NCBI RefSeq assembly: GCF_055900595.2
Contig: NZ_CM148325.1
Length of the DNA: 64,000 nucleotides
Strand: one strand, 5' to 3'
This document shows positions 23,300 through 34,677 of the stretch, piece by piece (the first letter of the stretch is position 1; each line of letters begins with the position of its first letter). The position numbers were made by a program, and so were the translations under genes. The notes under the pieces were generated by a model. It had not been told where the DNA came from. It ran no database searches and was given only the letters and a program-made list of their open reading frames with translations.

Positions 23300-24124
23300 A
23301 TGCAATCACTACATGGTAATTGTCTAATTGCGTACGCAAGACATAAATATATTCTCACCATGGTTAATGGTGAATATCGCTATTTTAATGGCGGTGAACT
23401 GGTTTTTGCGGATGCAAGTCAAATTCAAGTGGATAAGTGTGTCGAGAATTTTGTATTAGTTTCAAGGGACACGCTTTCATTATTTCTCCCGATGCTCAAG
23501 GAGGAGGCATTAAATCTTCATGCACATAAAAAAGTTCCTTCGTTACTCGTTCATCACTGTACCAGAGATATTCCTGTTTTTCAGGAGGTTGCGCAACTAT
23601 CGCAGAATAAGAATCTGCGCTATGCAGAAATGCTCCGTAAAAGAGCATTAATCTTTGCGTTGTTATCTGTTTTCCTGGAGGACGAGCAGTTTATACCGCT
23701 GCTTCTGAACGTTTTGCAACCGAACATGCGAACACGAGTTTGTACGGTCATCAATAATAATATCGCCCATGAGTGGACATTAGCCCAAATCGCCAGCGAG
23801 CTGTTGATGAGTTCAAGCCTGTTAAAGAAAAAATTGCGCGAAGAAGGTACGTCATATTCACAGTTGCTTACTGAGTGTAGAATGCAACGTGCTTTGCAAC
23901 TTATTGTTATACATGGTTTTTCAATTAAGCGAGTTGCAGTGTCCTGTGGTTATCACAGCGTGTCGTATTTCATTTACGTTTTTCGAAATTATTATGGGAT
24001 GACGCCCACAGAGTATCAGGAGCGATCGGCACAAGGATTGCCGAACCGTGACTCGGCGGCAAGTATTGTTGCGCAAGGGAATTTTTACGGTACTAACTAT
24101 TCTGCGGAAGAAATAAGATTATAG
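23300..24124 (+). CDS. gadX: AraC-family acid-resistance regulator GadX, 274 aa
   Basis: Translation recognised as GadX. Confidence 0.95.
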   Translation: MQSLHGNCLIAYARHKYILTMVNGEYRYFNGGELVFADASQIQVDKCVENFVLVSRDTLSLFLPMLKEEALNLHAHKKVPSLLVHHCTRDIPVFQEVAQLSQNKNLRYAEMLRKRALIFALLSVFLEDEQFIPLLLNVLQPNMRTRVCTVINNNIAHEWTLAQIASELLMSSSLLKKKLREEGTSYSQLLTECRMQRALQLIVIHGFSIKRVAVSCGYHSVSYFIYVFRNYYGMTPTEYQERSAQGLPNRDSAASIVAQGNFYGTNYSAEEIRL

Positions 24125-24139
24125 TTTTTACCCAGACAT

Positions 24140-24245
24140 AAAAAAAACCCGGCATAGGGGACCGGGAAGAGGATAGTCTGCCGTCTCCAGACTAATAAAC
24201 CGTTATAACACTCCCTGTTGGCACGGGAAACTTTGTGCTCTCAGT
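24140..24245 (-). ncRNA. gadY: GadY small RNA (antisense to the gadX 3' end, Hfq-dependent)
   Basis: Minus-strand sequence ACTGAGAGCACAAAGTTTCCCGTGCCAACAGGGAGTGTTATAACGGTTTATTAGTCTGGAGACGGCAGACTATCCTCTTCCCGGTCCCCTATGCCGGGTTTTTTTT matches GadY as recalled, with a terminal hairpin and U-tract; ends approximate. Confidence 0.8.
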
Positions 24246-24491
24246 AAGTTAAATATAACTTTTACTGGAGATAAGATCAGCCATTTTTTTATAAACATAA
24301 GCTATGCGCTGTGTGAAAATATATTCTTCTTGCATTTTCTTATTATCAATTAACTGTTATGTCAAACTACTTTTTGGATAACTTTTGGTCCTACCAAATA
24401 TGGCAGTTTATGCACGAAGAAGCGGTCTGGCATCATTTCATTAGTATACTGAAATTGAAATAATCGCAGTAATGAAATATAAGGGATAGTC

Positions 24492-25220
24492 ATGACTCAT
24501 GTCTGCTCGGTGATCCTCGTTCGTCGTTCATTGGATATTCATCATGAACAGCAAAAAATATCGTTGCACAACGAAAGTATTCTACTGCTGGATAAAAATT
24601 TGGCAGACGATTTTGCGTTTTGTTCACCGGATACACGACGACTGGATATCGATGAGCTGACAGTTTGCCATTACTTACAAAATATTCGTCAGTTACCGCG
24701 CAATTTAGGGTTACATAGCAAAGACCGTTTGTTAATTAACCAGTCCCCCCCCATGCCTCTGGTGACGGCGATTTTTGATAGTTTCAATGAATCCGGGGTA
24801 AATTCGCCGATAATGAGCAAGATGCTTTACCTTTCCTGTTTATCAATGTTTTCTCATAAGAAAGAACTTATCCCCTTACTTTTCAATAGTATCAGTACTG
24901 TTTCAGGAAAAGTTGAACGCCTTATTAGCTTTGATATCGCTAAACGTTGGTATCTACGCGATATCGCGGAAAGAATGTATACCAGCGAGAGTCTCATCAA
25001 AAAAAAGTTGCAGGATGAAAATACCTGTTTCAGTAAAATATTACTCGCCTCCAGGATGTCGATGGCCAGACGATTACTCGAGTTACGTCAAATTCCTCTA
25101 CATACTATTGCAGAAAAATGTGGGTATAGCAGTACGTCGTACTTTATAAACACATTTCGACAATATTATGGTGTAACGCCACATCAGTTTGCGCAACATT
25201 CGCCAGGTACCTTTTCCTGA
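24492..25220 (+). CDS. gadW: AraC-family acid-resistance regulator GadW, 242 aa
   Basis: Translation recognised as GadW. Confidence 0.95.
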   Translation: MTHVCSVILVRRSLDIHHEQQKISLHNESILLLDKNLADDFAFCSPDTRRLDIDELTVCHYLQNIRQLPRNLGLHSKDRLLINQSPPMPLVTAIFDSFNESGVNSPIMSKMLYLSCLSMFSHKKELIPLLFNSISTVSGKVERLISFDIAKRWYLRDIAERMYTSESLIKKKLQDENTCFSKILLASRMSMARRLLELRQIPLHTIAEKCGYSSTSYFINTFRQYYGVTPHQFAQHSPGTFS

Positions 25221-25582
25221 CATATTTCGCATTTGAATATTGGTCAGGATCTCACACGTGCTTCATGTGAAACTCTTCCCTGATGATTTCTGCCGGGCTA
25301 CCGGCTAGTTCTCTTTCGCAGTATGCCATGCGGTATAGGTATTTTCAGGAGGAAAAGACTCGGCATGTTTGGGATTATTAAGCTGACAATTCATACGATT
25401 ACGGGAATGTGGGTCAGTATTGTGCTGTTCAAATTGATGACGAATGGCTGGAGTGGTTTTTACTTTCAGTGCTGTGTACTAAGCCTGGTATTCCTGACGG
25501 TTAGCTGGTTGTTGAGTGGTGAATGGTTAGCAGGAAAGAGTAAGGCTGAACCCTCACGTTCAACCTTACTCTCATTTACACG

Positions 25583-28500
25583 TTACGCTTTTTTAAAGCG
25601 GGCAAAGAGATGTTCCACTACAACGAAAAAGACTGGAACGAAGTAAATGGCCAGCACTGTTGCGGCAAACATCCCGCCCATCACGCCGGTACCTACCGCG
25701 TTTTGCGCGCCAGAACCTGCGCCGTGGCTGATTACCAGCGGCAACACGCCGAGAATAAAGGCCAGAGAGGTCATCAGGATTGGGCGTAAACGCATCCGCG
25801 CCGCTTCGATGATTGCCTCTATCGGCGTTTTCCCTTCTTTCTGCATCATCTCAACGGCAAATTCGACGATCAGGATGGCGTTCTTGGCGGAAAGCCCGAT
25901 GGTAGTCAGCAAACCAACCTGGAAGTAGACGTCATTACTTAAGCCGCGCAGATCGGTGGCCAGTAATGCGCCAACGACACCTAACGGTACAACCAACATC
26001 ACCGAGAACGGAATTGACCAGCTCTCATAAAGTGCGGCAAGGGCGAGGAACACCACGACCAGTGAAATGGCATACAGCGCGGGAGCCTGGTTTGAGGATA
26101 ACGCTTCCTGATACGACAGTCCGGTCCACGAGTAGCCGACGCCTGCCGGAAGTTTAGCGACCAGGTCTGCCATAAATTTCATAGCGTCACCGGTACTTTT
26201 CCCGGCCGCCGCTTCACCTAAAATCTCCATTGACGGGATGCCGTTGTAGCGTTCCAGTCGCGGTGAACCATAGGTCCATTCGGTAGACGAATAGGCCGAA
26301 AGCGGTGCCATCGTGCCAGAGGCGTTGCGTACATACCACTGGTTGATGTTATCCGGCAACATACGGAACGGCGTGCCTGCCTGGACATACACTTTTTTCA
26401 CCCGCCCCTGGTTGAGGAAGTCGTTCACGTAGCTGCTGCCGAAGGCGGTGGAAATTGTCTGGTTGATATCAGACAGCGTCACACCCATTGCCTCGGCTTT
26501 CGCGGCGTTGACGTTCACTTTGAACATCGGCGTATCTTCCAGTCCGTTCGGGCGTACCCCGGTGACCTGATTCGGTGATTGCGCTGCCAGTGATAATAGC
26601 TCGTTTCGCGCCTGGGTCAGTTTTTCGTGCCCTAAGTTGCCGTTGTCCAGCAGTTCCATATCAAAACCTGACGCGGTACCCAGTTCAGCCACCGCGGGTA
26701 AGTTGAACGGGAAGACGACGGCTTTATTGATACTGCTTAACGCAATCATTGCCCGCTGAATGATCGCGGTAACCGAGTTTTCCTCACCGACACGTTCAGA
26801 CCACGGTTTGAGGCTGATAAACGCCAGACCGTTGTTTTGCCCCTGGCCACTGAAGCCAAAGCCGCCAACGGTAAACACCGACTGAACATTATCTTTCTCT
26901 TTTGTCAGATAATAATCAGTCACCTGTTGCAGCACTTTCGTGGTGTTAACCATGGTTGCACCGGAAGGTAACTGCGCGGTGGTCATAAATACCCCCTGAT
27001 CCTCTTCTGGTAAGAAAGAGGTCGGCGTACGCAGGAACAGCACTGCCATCCCGGCGCAAATCAGCAGGTAGACCACCATGTAGCGACCGGTACAACGCAA
27101 CAGCGAGCGGGTGCTATCGGTATAGTGATGAGTCGATTTTTCAAACAGCGTGTTGAAGCGTGCGAACAGGGCGTTAGGTTTGTGACCGCCTTCCGGCGCG
27201 GCTTTCAGAATGGTGGCGCACAGGGCAGGGGTCAGGCTCATTGCGACAAATACTGAAAGCAGCATCGAGGAGATCAGCGTGATGGAGAACTGACGATAAA
27301 TTTCCCCGGTCGCGCCGCTCATAAAGGCCATTGGCATAAACACCGCGGAAAGCACAACGGCAATCCCGACCAGAGCGCGTTGGATTTGCCCCATGGATTT
27401 ATGCGTTGCTTCCTTCGGCGGCAGTTTATCCTCCGCTATCACGCGCTCGACGTTTTCTACCACCACGATGGCGTCATCCACCAACAACCCTATCGCCAGC
27501 ACCATCCCGAACATGGTGAGGGTGTTGATGGTGAAACCGACCGCCGACAAGATCGCAAACGTCCCGAGAATAACCACCGGTACGGCAATCGTCGGGATGA
27601 TTGTGGCACGGAAATTCTGCAAAAACAGATACATGACCAGGAAGACGAGGATGATAGCCTCAACCAGTGTTTTGAAAACTTCCTGAATAGAAATTTCGAT
27701 AAACGGCGTCGTGTCGTAAGGATAAACCGTCTTCAGACTTGCGGGGAAATAGGCTGATAGGCGGTTTAGCTCCTCTTTGACTGCCCGTGAGGTATCCAGG
27801 GCATTTGCTCCGGTAGCCAGTTTGATGGCGATCCCGGCAGCAGGTTTGCCGTTATAGCGCGCCACGGTGGAATAATCTTCCGCCCCAAGTTCGACGCGGG
27901 CGACATCACGCAGCAGCACTTGCGAGCCATCTTGCTGAACTTTCAACAGGATTTTGCCAAATTCTTCCGGCGTTTGCAGACGCGTCTGCACAATGATCGA
28001 GGCGTTCAGTTGCTGGTCTGCCGCCTGTGGCATGCCACCCAGTTGACCACCAGAAATCTGGTTGTTTTGCACCTTAATCTGGGAAATAACATCGGAAGGT
28101 ACCAGGTTGTATTTATTGAGTTTTTGCGGGTCCAGCCAGATACGCATGGCATACTCGGAACCAAAGAGTTGTACGCTACCAACGCCCGCGGTACGGCTTA
28201 GCGGGTCTTTGATATTAGACGCTACATAGTCCGCGATATCGTACTGGTTGAGACTGCCGTTATCAGAAATGAACGCCGCTACCATCAGGATATTACTGCT
28301 CGACTTATCGACGCTAATCCCCTGCTGCTGCACCGCTTCAGGTAATGAAGGCATAGCGAGTTGCAGTTTATTTTGCACCTGAACCTGCGCGATATCAGGC
28401 GATGTCCCCGTCTCAAAGGTCAGAGTGATGGAGGCATTACCCGCCGCATCGCTGGTTGAAGACATGTACATCAGGCCATCAAGCCCATTCATATTTTGCT

Positions 28501-28696
28501 CAATCACCTGAGTGACCGAGTCTTCTACCGTTTGCGCATCGGCACCCGGATAGGTTGCGCTGACGGTAATGGTTGGTGGCGCAATCTGCGGATATTGCGC
28601 AACCGGTAAGTTCATGATCGCCAGACCACCTGCAAGCATCATAATAATGGCAAGTACCCAGGCAAAAACCGGGCGATCAATAAAATAGTTAGCCAT
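25583..28696 (-). CDS. mdtF: RND multidrug efflux pump inner-membrane subunit MdtF, 1037 aa
   Basis: Translation recognised as MdtF (AcrB paralogue). Confidence 0.95.
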   Translation of the reverse strand: MANYFIDRPVFAWVLAIIMMLAGGLAIMNLPVAQYPQIAPPTITVSATYPGADAQTVEDSVTQVIEQNMNGLDGLMYMSSTSDAAGNASITLTFETGTSPDIAQVQVQNKLQLAMPSLPEAVQQQGISVDKSSSNILMVAAFISDNGSLNQYDIADYVASNIKDPLSRTAGVGSVQLFGSEYAMRIWLDPQKLNKYNLVPSDVISQIKVQNNQISGGQLGGMPQAADQQLNASIIVQTRLQTPEEFGKILLKVQQDGSQVLLRDVARVELGAEDYSTVARYNGKPAAGIAIKLATGANALDTSRAVKEELNRLSAYFPASLKTVYPYDTTPFIEISIQEVFKTLVEAIILVFLVMYLFLQNFRATIIPTIAVPVVILGTFAILSAVGFTINTLTMFGMVLAIGLLVDDAIVVVENVERVIAEDKLPPKEATHKSMGQIQRALVGIAVVLSAVFMPMAFMSGATGEIYRQFSITLISSMLLSVFVAMSLTPALCATILKAAPEGGHKPNALFARFNTLFEKSTHHYTDSTRSLLRCTGRYMVVYLLICAGMAVLFLRTPTSFLPEEDQGVFMTTAQLPSGATMVNTTKVLQQVTDYYLTKEKDNVQSVFTVGGFGFSGQGQNNGLAFISLKPWSERVGEENSVTAIIQRAMIALSSINKAVVFPFNLPAVAELGTASGFDMELLDNGNLGHEKLTQARNELLSLAAQSPNQVTGVRPNGLEDTPMFKVNVNAAKAEAMGVTLSDINQTISTAFGSSYVNDFLNQGRVKKVYVQAGTPFRMLPDNINQWYVRNASGTMAPLSAYSSTEWTYGSPRLERYNGIPSMEILGEAAAGKSTGDAMKFMADLVAKLPAGVGYSWTGLSYQEALSSNQAPALYAISLVVVFLALAALYESWSIPFSVMLVVPLGVVGALLATDLRGLSNDVYFQVGLLTTIGLSAKNAILIVEFAVEMMQKEGKTPIEAIIEAARMRLRPILMTSLAFILGVLPLVISHGAGSGAQNAVGTGVMGGMFAATVLAIYFVPVFFVVVEHLFARFKKA

Positions 28697-28720
28697 GAAA
28701 GTCCCCTTAAGCCTGCAACG

Positions 28721-29878
28721 TTATTGTTTCGATTCGGTGCTGGCGTTTTCCTGGCTGGAGGAAATTGCACGTGCTTTGATACCCGGATGAATACGTTGCA
28801 AACCGGAAACGATCACCCGATCGCCAGCCTGCAAACCAGAAGTGACAACCCACTGGTCGCCGATGGCTTTGCTGGCTTCAATTTCGCGTAGCTGCACGAC
28901 ATCGTCTTTATCCAGAATGAGCGCCGTTGCTTTACCCTGGGCGTTGTGGGTGACGCCTTCCTGCGGCACCAGTAATACATTCTGGCGGCTACCTTCATCC
29001 ACTAATGCCGTGACATACATGCCAGGCAGCAAGTCACCATTTGGGTTGGGGAAAATCGCCCGTAACGTCACGGAGCCCGTGGTTTCATCCACCGTCGGGT
29101 CGGAGAATTTCAGCGTGCCGGTCTGGCCGTAACGTTTACCATTTTCCAGATTGAGCTGTACTGGCGTACTGCCCTGAACCTGTTTGATTTGCCCACTGGC
29201 GACCTCTTCTTTCATGCGCAAAAAATCCTGCACCGACTGCGTGAGATCGACATAAATCGGGTCCAGACGTTGTACGGTAACCAGCGAATCTGCCTGATTA
29301 GCGGTAACGAGTGCGCCGACGGTCACCGACGATTTCCCGCTGACGCCCGTAATCGGCGAGGTGACATTTGCGTATTGCAGGTTGATCGTCGCCTGTTCAA
29401 CAGCCGCTTTGGCGACGGTGACATTGGCTTCTGCCTCATTCAGCTGGGTGCGCGCGGTGTCGTAATCCTGACGGCTAACGTAGTTGGTCTTCAGCAACGA
29501 TGCCTGGCGGTTAAAGGTGATGCGGGCATTGCTGGCGGTAGAGAGCGCTTTCGCCAGCGTGCCTTTGGCGGAGTTCAGCTCGGCCTGTAAAGGTGCAGGA
29601 TCAATCTGATACAGCGAATCGCCCTGGTTCACTTTATCGCCTTCGATAAAGTTGCGTTTAATGATAATACCGCCCACCTGAGGGCGTATCTCGGCAACTT
29701 CATAAGGAACGGTTCTACCAGGCAATTCGCTCAACACATTGACCGAACCGGGGGAGAGTGTGACGACACCGACCTCAGGCGTCATGGCGGCGGCGTTTTC
29801 CGTCGATTTGTCATCGCAGGCGGTGAGCATCGCGCCGCAGAATAACAACGGTATTAACAGTTTTCTTCTTCTGTTCAT
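28721..29878 (-). CDS. mdtE: RND efflux membrane fusion protein MdtE, 385 aa
   Basis: Translation recognised as MdtE; lipoprotein signal with LTAC lipobox. Confidence 0.95.
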   Translation of the reverse strand: MNRRRKLLIPLLFCGAMLTACDDKSTENAAAMTPEVGVVTLSPGSVNVLSELPGRTVPYEVAEIRPQVGGIIIKRNFIEGDKVNQGDSLYQIDPAPLQAELNSAKGTLAKALSTASNARITFNRQASLLKTNYVSRQDYDTARTQLNEAEANVTVAKAAVEQATINLQYANVTSPITGVSGKSSVTVGALVTANQADSLVTVQRLDPIYVDLTQSVQDFLRMKEEVASGQIKQVQGSTPVQLNLENGKRYGQTGTLKFSDPTVDETTGSVTLRAIFPNPNGDLLPGMYVTALVDEGSRQNVLLVPQEGVTHNAQGKATALILDKDDVVQLREIEASKAIGDQWVVTSGLQAGDRVIVSGLQRIHPGIKARAISSSQENASTESKQ

Positions 29879-30216
29879 TTTAGTCCCTGAAAATTCTTGA
29901 GATATAACGGTTCTTTAAATTGCGCGCGAGGAGAGGTATGAGGGATTTACAGACCAGCGGCATAGTGGGGTTGTCAGCCAGTAAGATGGGATGCAAGCAC
30001 AGTGATCGACATGGTGAGGTCAACGACAAAAAAAATGTTGCCGTTCTGCCAACAGTTCCTGCCAGCATTCGGGCAACGAAGGGTTCTACTGGTGGATACA
30101 CATACCAGGGGAATAAAGTCGTTTTCGCCTCTCCTTTAGTCATCACCGGGGATAATGAAATCAGCATCTGCATCCCTCTTCATGCCTGCCATCATTTTCA
30201 GTTAATTATGTCCTGA

Positions 30217-30744
30217 CTAAAAATAAGATGTGATACCCAGGGTGACGATGTCGCTCATACGTCTTAGTTTCAGCTTGTACATAATGTTGAATTTCTGAAT
30301 CTTTAATGTTTGTTGCGAAATATTGAGCGTTGACGTGATATTGCTTTCGTTTTTGTTTTTCAGAATCAGCTGCATAATTTTGAACTGATTATGTGAAAAA
30401 CATAATTGTGAATTCTTATGGGGCAAGTGTTTACCATAAGTAATCTCAAGAAGATTTTTGATACTTTCTTTGCGGCTGACAAAATAAATAGGCGCTTTAG
30501 CTTTTAGTTTACTGATGTGATAAGGTGCCAAAACAATAATTCTCTCGGCGTCTAATTTCTCCAGAAATTTAATCGCTTCTTCATCAAGGATATGGTTGTG
30601 ATAGGTATCAATGATAACCTTGAAGGGTTTATTACCTACTTTTTTGATCTCTGACAGGGAATTGATTTTTATCATTTCGTGATTATCTTTCAACTGCCAA
30701 AAGCCCTGTAAAAGAAAAGAATCTTTCGTCATGAGAAAAATCAT
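30217..30744 (-). CDS. gadE: LuxR-family acid-resistance master regulator GadE, 175 aa
   Basis: Translation from MIFLMTKDSFLLQGFWQLKDNHEMIKINSLSEIKK recognised as GadE; the six-frame ORF runs 26 codons upstream. Confidence 0.92.
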   Translation of the reverse strand: MIFLMTKDSFLLQGFWQLKDNHEMIKINSLSEIKKVGNKPFKVIIDTYHNHILDEEAIKFLEKLDAERIIVLAPYHISKLKAKAPIYFVSRKESIKNLLEITYGKHLPHKNSQLCFSHNQFKIMQLILKNKNESNITSTLNISQQTLKIQKFNIMYKLKLRRMSDIVTLGITSYF

Positions 30745-31542
30745 AACTTGCTCCTTAGCCGTTATCGTTTCGAACATGTCATCCTTTTCATTATTTACAT
30801 CCCTGTCCGAATCGTTGTTCAATATAGTAAACGCCTATAAGAACCTTGCCCTTCGTGAACTAATACGTCTATTAACACTAATCAATACTTCAGATTTATC
30901 CATCACGCACTCCATATATTGATCCTAAGTAAAATTCCTGGTTGTTATCAGATTGTAAACTGCAAGCAAAAAATTAACGTTTGCGGATTACTGCCCAAGA
31001 ATAAGTTATCAATAACCAGTTTGTGATCTCTGAAGAATATTACTAAAGTTAAAATGTAATCCGATTTAAATATCGAGTCTCCTTGTTTCGACTTAAGCTG
31101 GCAATTGGATTGCCAGCTTTCTTTTAACGCATTGAAATTACCTGAGTAAATAACTCATTCATGTCTTCAGGTTTTTATATAGCGTCTGGAGACACGGATA
31201 TTTATGCAATGTAATCAACGCCAGTTGCAAAAAAATGAACCCGGATTACTTATTTAACCGCCCATAGCATCAACGTTTACGGAACTCTTTGTTCACTTTC
31301 CCACAGCACTTTTAAAACATTAAACCTGACTACGGAAAATATCAGCCATGATAATGTTTGAAATGGCTAATTTGCCATGCAATGAAAAAAATCAGATAAA
31401 ATTCAGTAGGTTGAAATACTCATCAGCAGGTAATTATTTCAATGATAGCGCGCAATTGATCTAAAATGCTGTGTAGCGGAGAGAGTATTAATTGGATCAT
31501 AGTCACATCAAGTGACTATGATCCAGGTGGCAATAGGGATAA
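30745..31542 (-). promoter_or_regulatory. Extended gadE upstream regulatory region (multiple promoters and long 5' UTRs)
   Basis: About 800 bp of AT-rich non-coding DNA between hdeD and gadE, matching the known large gadE control region; individual sites not resolved by eye. Confidence 0.5.
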
Positions 31543-32115
31543 TTATTGCTTTTTAACAAACAAACTGGCGAAGCTGAACAGGCTAGCGGCGCTAAATATC
31601 AGTTCAATTCCCACTAGTGTGGAAACCAGCGTTACAGAAACCATCGGCGTTGCACCAAGGAATATCCAGGCAATGACGATATCCAGCACACCAATAACGA
31701 GCTGTAGCCAACTGCCTTTCATTGAACGCTGACGATACCAACTCATCAGGCGAATAACTCCTGCCACACAGAACAAACCGGCAATAAATGCCGCAATGGC
31801 AAAAATGCCCAGCTCCGGTGCGCGGATGAAGAAATAGCCGATCAATAAATAGGCGACTGCGACGAGGAAACCGGATAATACCGGCCAGAAATTATGACTG
31901 CGGTTGCTGAATAGCCCGACAATAAGCGCAATGCCCGAGCAGATTAATAATGCACCCACTACTGTGCTTAAAATATCGCCAGAGACGAACGGAAAACTGA
32001 TACACAGCAACCCGACGATAAACAGCAGCACGGCAATAAACTGGATTGCTCTGCGATGTTTTTTAAGCATCTCCAGATCAAACTTCAAAATTGTTGCCTT
32101 ATCTATATATAACAT
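31543..32115 (-). CDS. hdeD: Acid-resistance membrane protein HdeD, 190 aa
   Basis: Translation recognised as HdeD. Confidence 0.95.
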   Translation of the reverse strand: MLYIDKATILKFDLEMLKKHRRAIQFIAVLLFIVGLLCISFPFVSGDILSTVVGALLICSGIALIVGLFSNRSHNFWPVLSGFLVAVAYLLIGYFFIRAPELGIFAIAAFIAGLFCVAGVIRLMSWYRQRSMKGSWLQLVIGVLDIVIAWIFLGATPMVSVTLVSTLVGIELIFSAASLFSFASLFVKKQ

Positions 32116-32369
32116 AGAACCACCCTATAAAATTAAGAAGAAAATCCCCTGCTATCAATCTATGCCAAAAACGCGTCTAAGAATGCAGTCGATTTAATAA
32201 AAATTTCCTAATTACAGTATCAGATGCATCTGTAACTCATTGTATTGAAATAAAAATATCTGATTTTGATATTTTCCATCAACATGACATATACAGAAAA
32301 CCAGGTTATAACCTCAGTGTCGAAATTGATTCGTGACGGCTCTTTCACTTTATAGTTGAGGATATTACG

Positions 32370-32702
32370 ATGAAAAAAGTATTAGGCGTTATTCTTGGTG
32401 GTCTGCTTCTTCTGCCAGTGGTCAGCAATGCAGCGGATGCACAAAAAGCAGCTGATAACAAAAAACCGGTCAACACCTGGACCTGTGAAGATTTTCTGGC
32501 TGTGGACGAATCCTTCCAGCCAACTGCAGTTGGTTTTGCTGAAGCACTGAACAATAAAGATAAACCAGAAGATGCGGTTTTAGATGTTCAGGGTATTGCA
32601 ACCGTAACCCCAGCGATCGTTCAGGCTTGTACTCAGGATAAACAAGCCAACTTTAAAGATAAAGTTAAAAGCGAATGGGACAAAGTTAAGAAAGATATGT
32701 AA
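32370..32702 (+). CDS. hdeA: Periplasmic acid-stress chaperone HdeA, 110 aa
   Basis: Translation recognised as HdeA. Confidence 0.95.
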   Translation: MKKVLGVILGGLLLLPVVSNAADAQKAADNKKPVNTWTCEDFLAVDESFQPTAVGFAEALNNKDKPEDAVLDVQGIATVTPAIVQACTQDKQANFKDKVKSEWDKVKKDM

Positions 32703-32817
32703 TTCCGGGAATACGTTACATCGTACTTCCTTGCATATTGAACAGGTAGGAATACCTTCTTCAAAAGCAGCTATTCCTTCTGTTCATATTTAATCTCTAT
32801 ATTGAATGGGTTACAAA

Positions 32818-33144
32818 ATGAATATTTCATCTCTCCGTAAAGCGTTTATTTTTATGGGCGCTGTAGCGGCTTTGTCACTGGTGAACGCACAATCTGCGCT
32901 GGCAGCCAATGAATCCGCTAAAGATATGACTTGCCAGGAATTTATTGATCTGAATCCAAAAGCAATGACACCGGTTGCGTGGTGGATGCTGCATGAAGAA
33001 ACAGTTTATAAAGGTGGTGATACTGTTACTTTAAATGAAACCGATCTTACTCAAATTCCTAAAGTGATCGAATACTGCAAAAAAAATCCGCAGAAAAATT
33101 TGTATACTTTCAAAAATCAAGCATCTAATGACTTGCCGAATTAA
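32818..33144 (+). CDS. hdeB: Periplasmic acid-stress chaperone HdeB, 108 aa
   Basis: Translation from MNISSLRKAFIFMGAVAALSLVNAQSALA recognised as HdeB; the six-frame ORF starts 4 codons upstream. Confidence 0.93.
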   Translation: MNISSLRKAFIFMGAVAALSLVNAQSALAANESAKDMTCQEFIDLNPKAMTPVAWWMLHEETVYKGGDTVTLNETDLTQIPKVIEYCKKNPQKNLYTFKNQASNDLPN

Positions 33145-33207
33145 TGGGGCACAAGTAAAAAGGAGTAGCAAGTTGAGCCATCTTGCTGCTCCTTTTTGCA
33201 TTTTTAT

Positions 33208-33855
33208 ATGACAGCAGAATTTATTATACGTCTTATACTCGCGGCAATTGCCTGTGGCGCTATTGGCATGGAAAGGCAAATGCGCGGCAAAGGAGCAGGG
33301 TTACGCACACATGTATTAATTGGCATGGGAAGCGCCCTGTTTATGATTGTTTCGAAATATGGTTTTGCTGACGTGCTGTCTTTAGATCACGTCGGACTGG
33401 ACCCCAGCCGTATTGCTGCTCAGGTGGTGACGGGCGTCGGGTTTATCGGTGCAGGTAACATTCTCGTTCGTAACCAAAATATTGTAGGTCTGACGACGGC
33501 AGCGGATATCTGGGTGACCGCCGCCATTGGTATGGTTATTGGTAGCGGTATGTACGAACTGGGCATTTATGGTTCAGTGATGACCTTACTGGTGCTGGAA
33601 GTCTTCCATCAATTAACCTTCCGCCTGATGAATAAAAATTACCATTTACAGCTGACATTAGTGAACGGTAATACGGTATCAATGCTCGACTGGTTTAAGC
33701 AGCAAAAAATAAAAACGGATTTAGTTTCGTTGCAGGAAAATGAAGATCATGAAGTGGTCGCCATTGATATCCAGCTTCATGCCACGACGTCGATAGAAGA
33801 TCTGTTGCGATTATTAAAAGGTATGGCAGGGGTGAAAGGCGTTTCAATTAGCTAA
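33208..33855 (+). CDS. yhiD: MgtC-family inner membrane protein YhiD, 215 aa
   Basis: Translation from MTAEFIIRLILAAIACGAIGMERQ recognised as YhiD. Confidence 0.92.
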   Translation: MTAEFIIRLILAAIACGAIGMERQMRGKGAGLRTHVLIGMGSALFMIVSKYGFADVLSLDHVGLDPSRIAAQVVTGVGFIGAGNILVRNQNIVGLTTAADIWVTAAIGMVIGSGMYELGIYGSVMTLLVLEVFHQLTFRLMNKNYHLQLTLVNGNTVSMLDWFKQQKIKTDLVSLQENEDHEVVAIDIQLHATTSIEDLLRLLKGMAGVKGVSIS

Positions 33856-33875
33856 TCTATATAGTTATTTATTCG

Positions 33876-33909
33876 CAGGAGTACCAGAGCGGTACTCCTG
33901 TTGGTTTTA
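33876..33909 (+). terminator. Terminator hairpin between yhiD and chuV (convergent)
   Basis: CAGGAGTACC-AGAGC-GGTACTCCTG followed by TTGGTTTT. Confidence 0.7.
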
Positions 33910-34677
33910 ATGATCGAGGACGATCAGTGGTGAATGGTTGGCAGGATCTTTAAGTACGGTAATATTCGCGCCGTAGAGCATTGTCAGCGCCTGCTGTGTC
34001 AATACGTCCTGCGGTTTACCATTTGCGATAACCTTTCCTTTTTGCATTAATACAACACGGTCTGCATAACGCGCGGCAAGATTTAGATCGTGCAATACGC
34101 AGCAAACATTGAACTGCCGTTCGTGAACTAGCTGGCGTAATAAACGAAACAAGTGCTGCTGATGGTGAATATCCAGCGCCGAAGTTGGTTCATCAAGAAA
34201 TAACCATTTCGGTGAGGGAGTTGGTTCCCAGAGTTGCACCAGCAGGCGCGCTAATTGCACGCGCTGTTGTTCACCACCGGATAATTGCCGATAGTCGCGG
34301 TTTGCTAACGCCTGACAGTCACATAACGCCATTATTTGTGCTGTTTCATTATCCTGATTACCAGTACGATGCGGATGCCGCCCCATCTGGATAACTTCTT
34401 GTACGCTGAATGGAAACGCCATGTGGCTATTTTGACGCATCACGGCCCGGTGTTTCGCCAGTTCAGTAATCGACCATTCATTTAATGGCTTATTAAACAA
34501 CCGACATTCGCCGCTATCAGGTTGAAGATAGCCGGTTAACTGGCGAAGCAGCGTAGATTTTCCCGCACCATTAGGGCCGAGAATGGCAACAATTTCCCCA
34601 CCGGGAAAAGTCAGCGAGACATTATCAGTCAGACGCCGCCCCTGAAGGCTATAAACCAGATTCTGGGCGCTGATCAT
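33907..34677 (-). CDS. chuV: Haemin ABC transporter ATP-binding protein ChuV (HmuV), 256 aa
   Basis: Walker A (GPNGAGKST), ABC signature (LSGGEQQR), Walker B ([11 protein letters not shown]); matches ChuV/ShuV. The ATG overlaps the chuU stop (ATGA); the six-frame ORF runs 51 codons upstream. Confidence 0.92.
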   Translation of the reverse strand: MISAQNLVYSLQGRRLTDNVSLTFPGGEIVAILGPNGAGKSTLLRQLTGYLQPDSGECRLFNKPLNEWSITELAKHRAVMRQNSHMAFPFSVQEVIQMGRHPHRTGNQDNETAQIMALCDCQALANRDYRQLSGGEQQRVQLARLLVQLWEPTPSPKWLFLDEPTSALDIHHQQHLFRLLRQLVHERQFNVCCVLHDLNLAARYADRVVLMQKGKVIANGKPQDVLTQQALTMLYGANITVLKDPANHSPLIVLDH

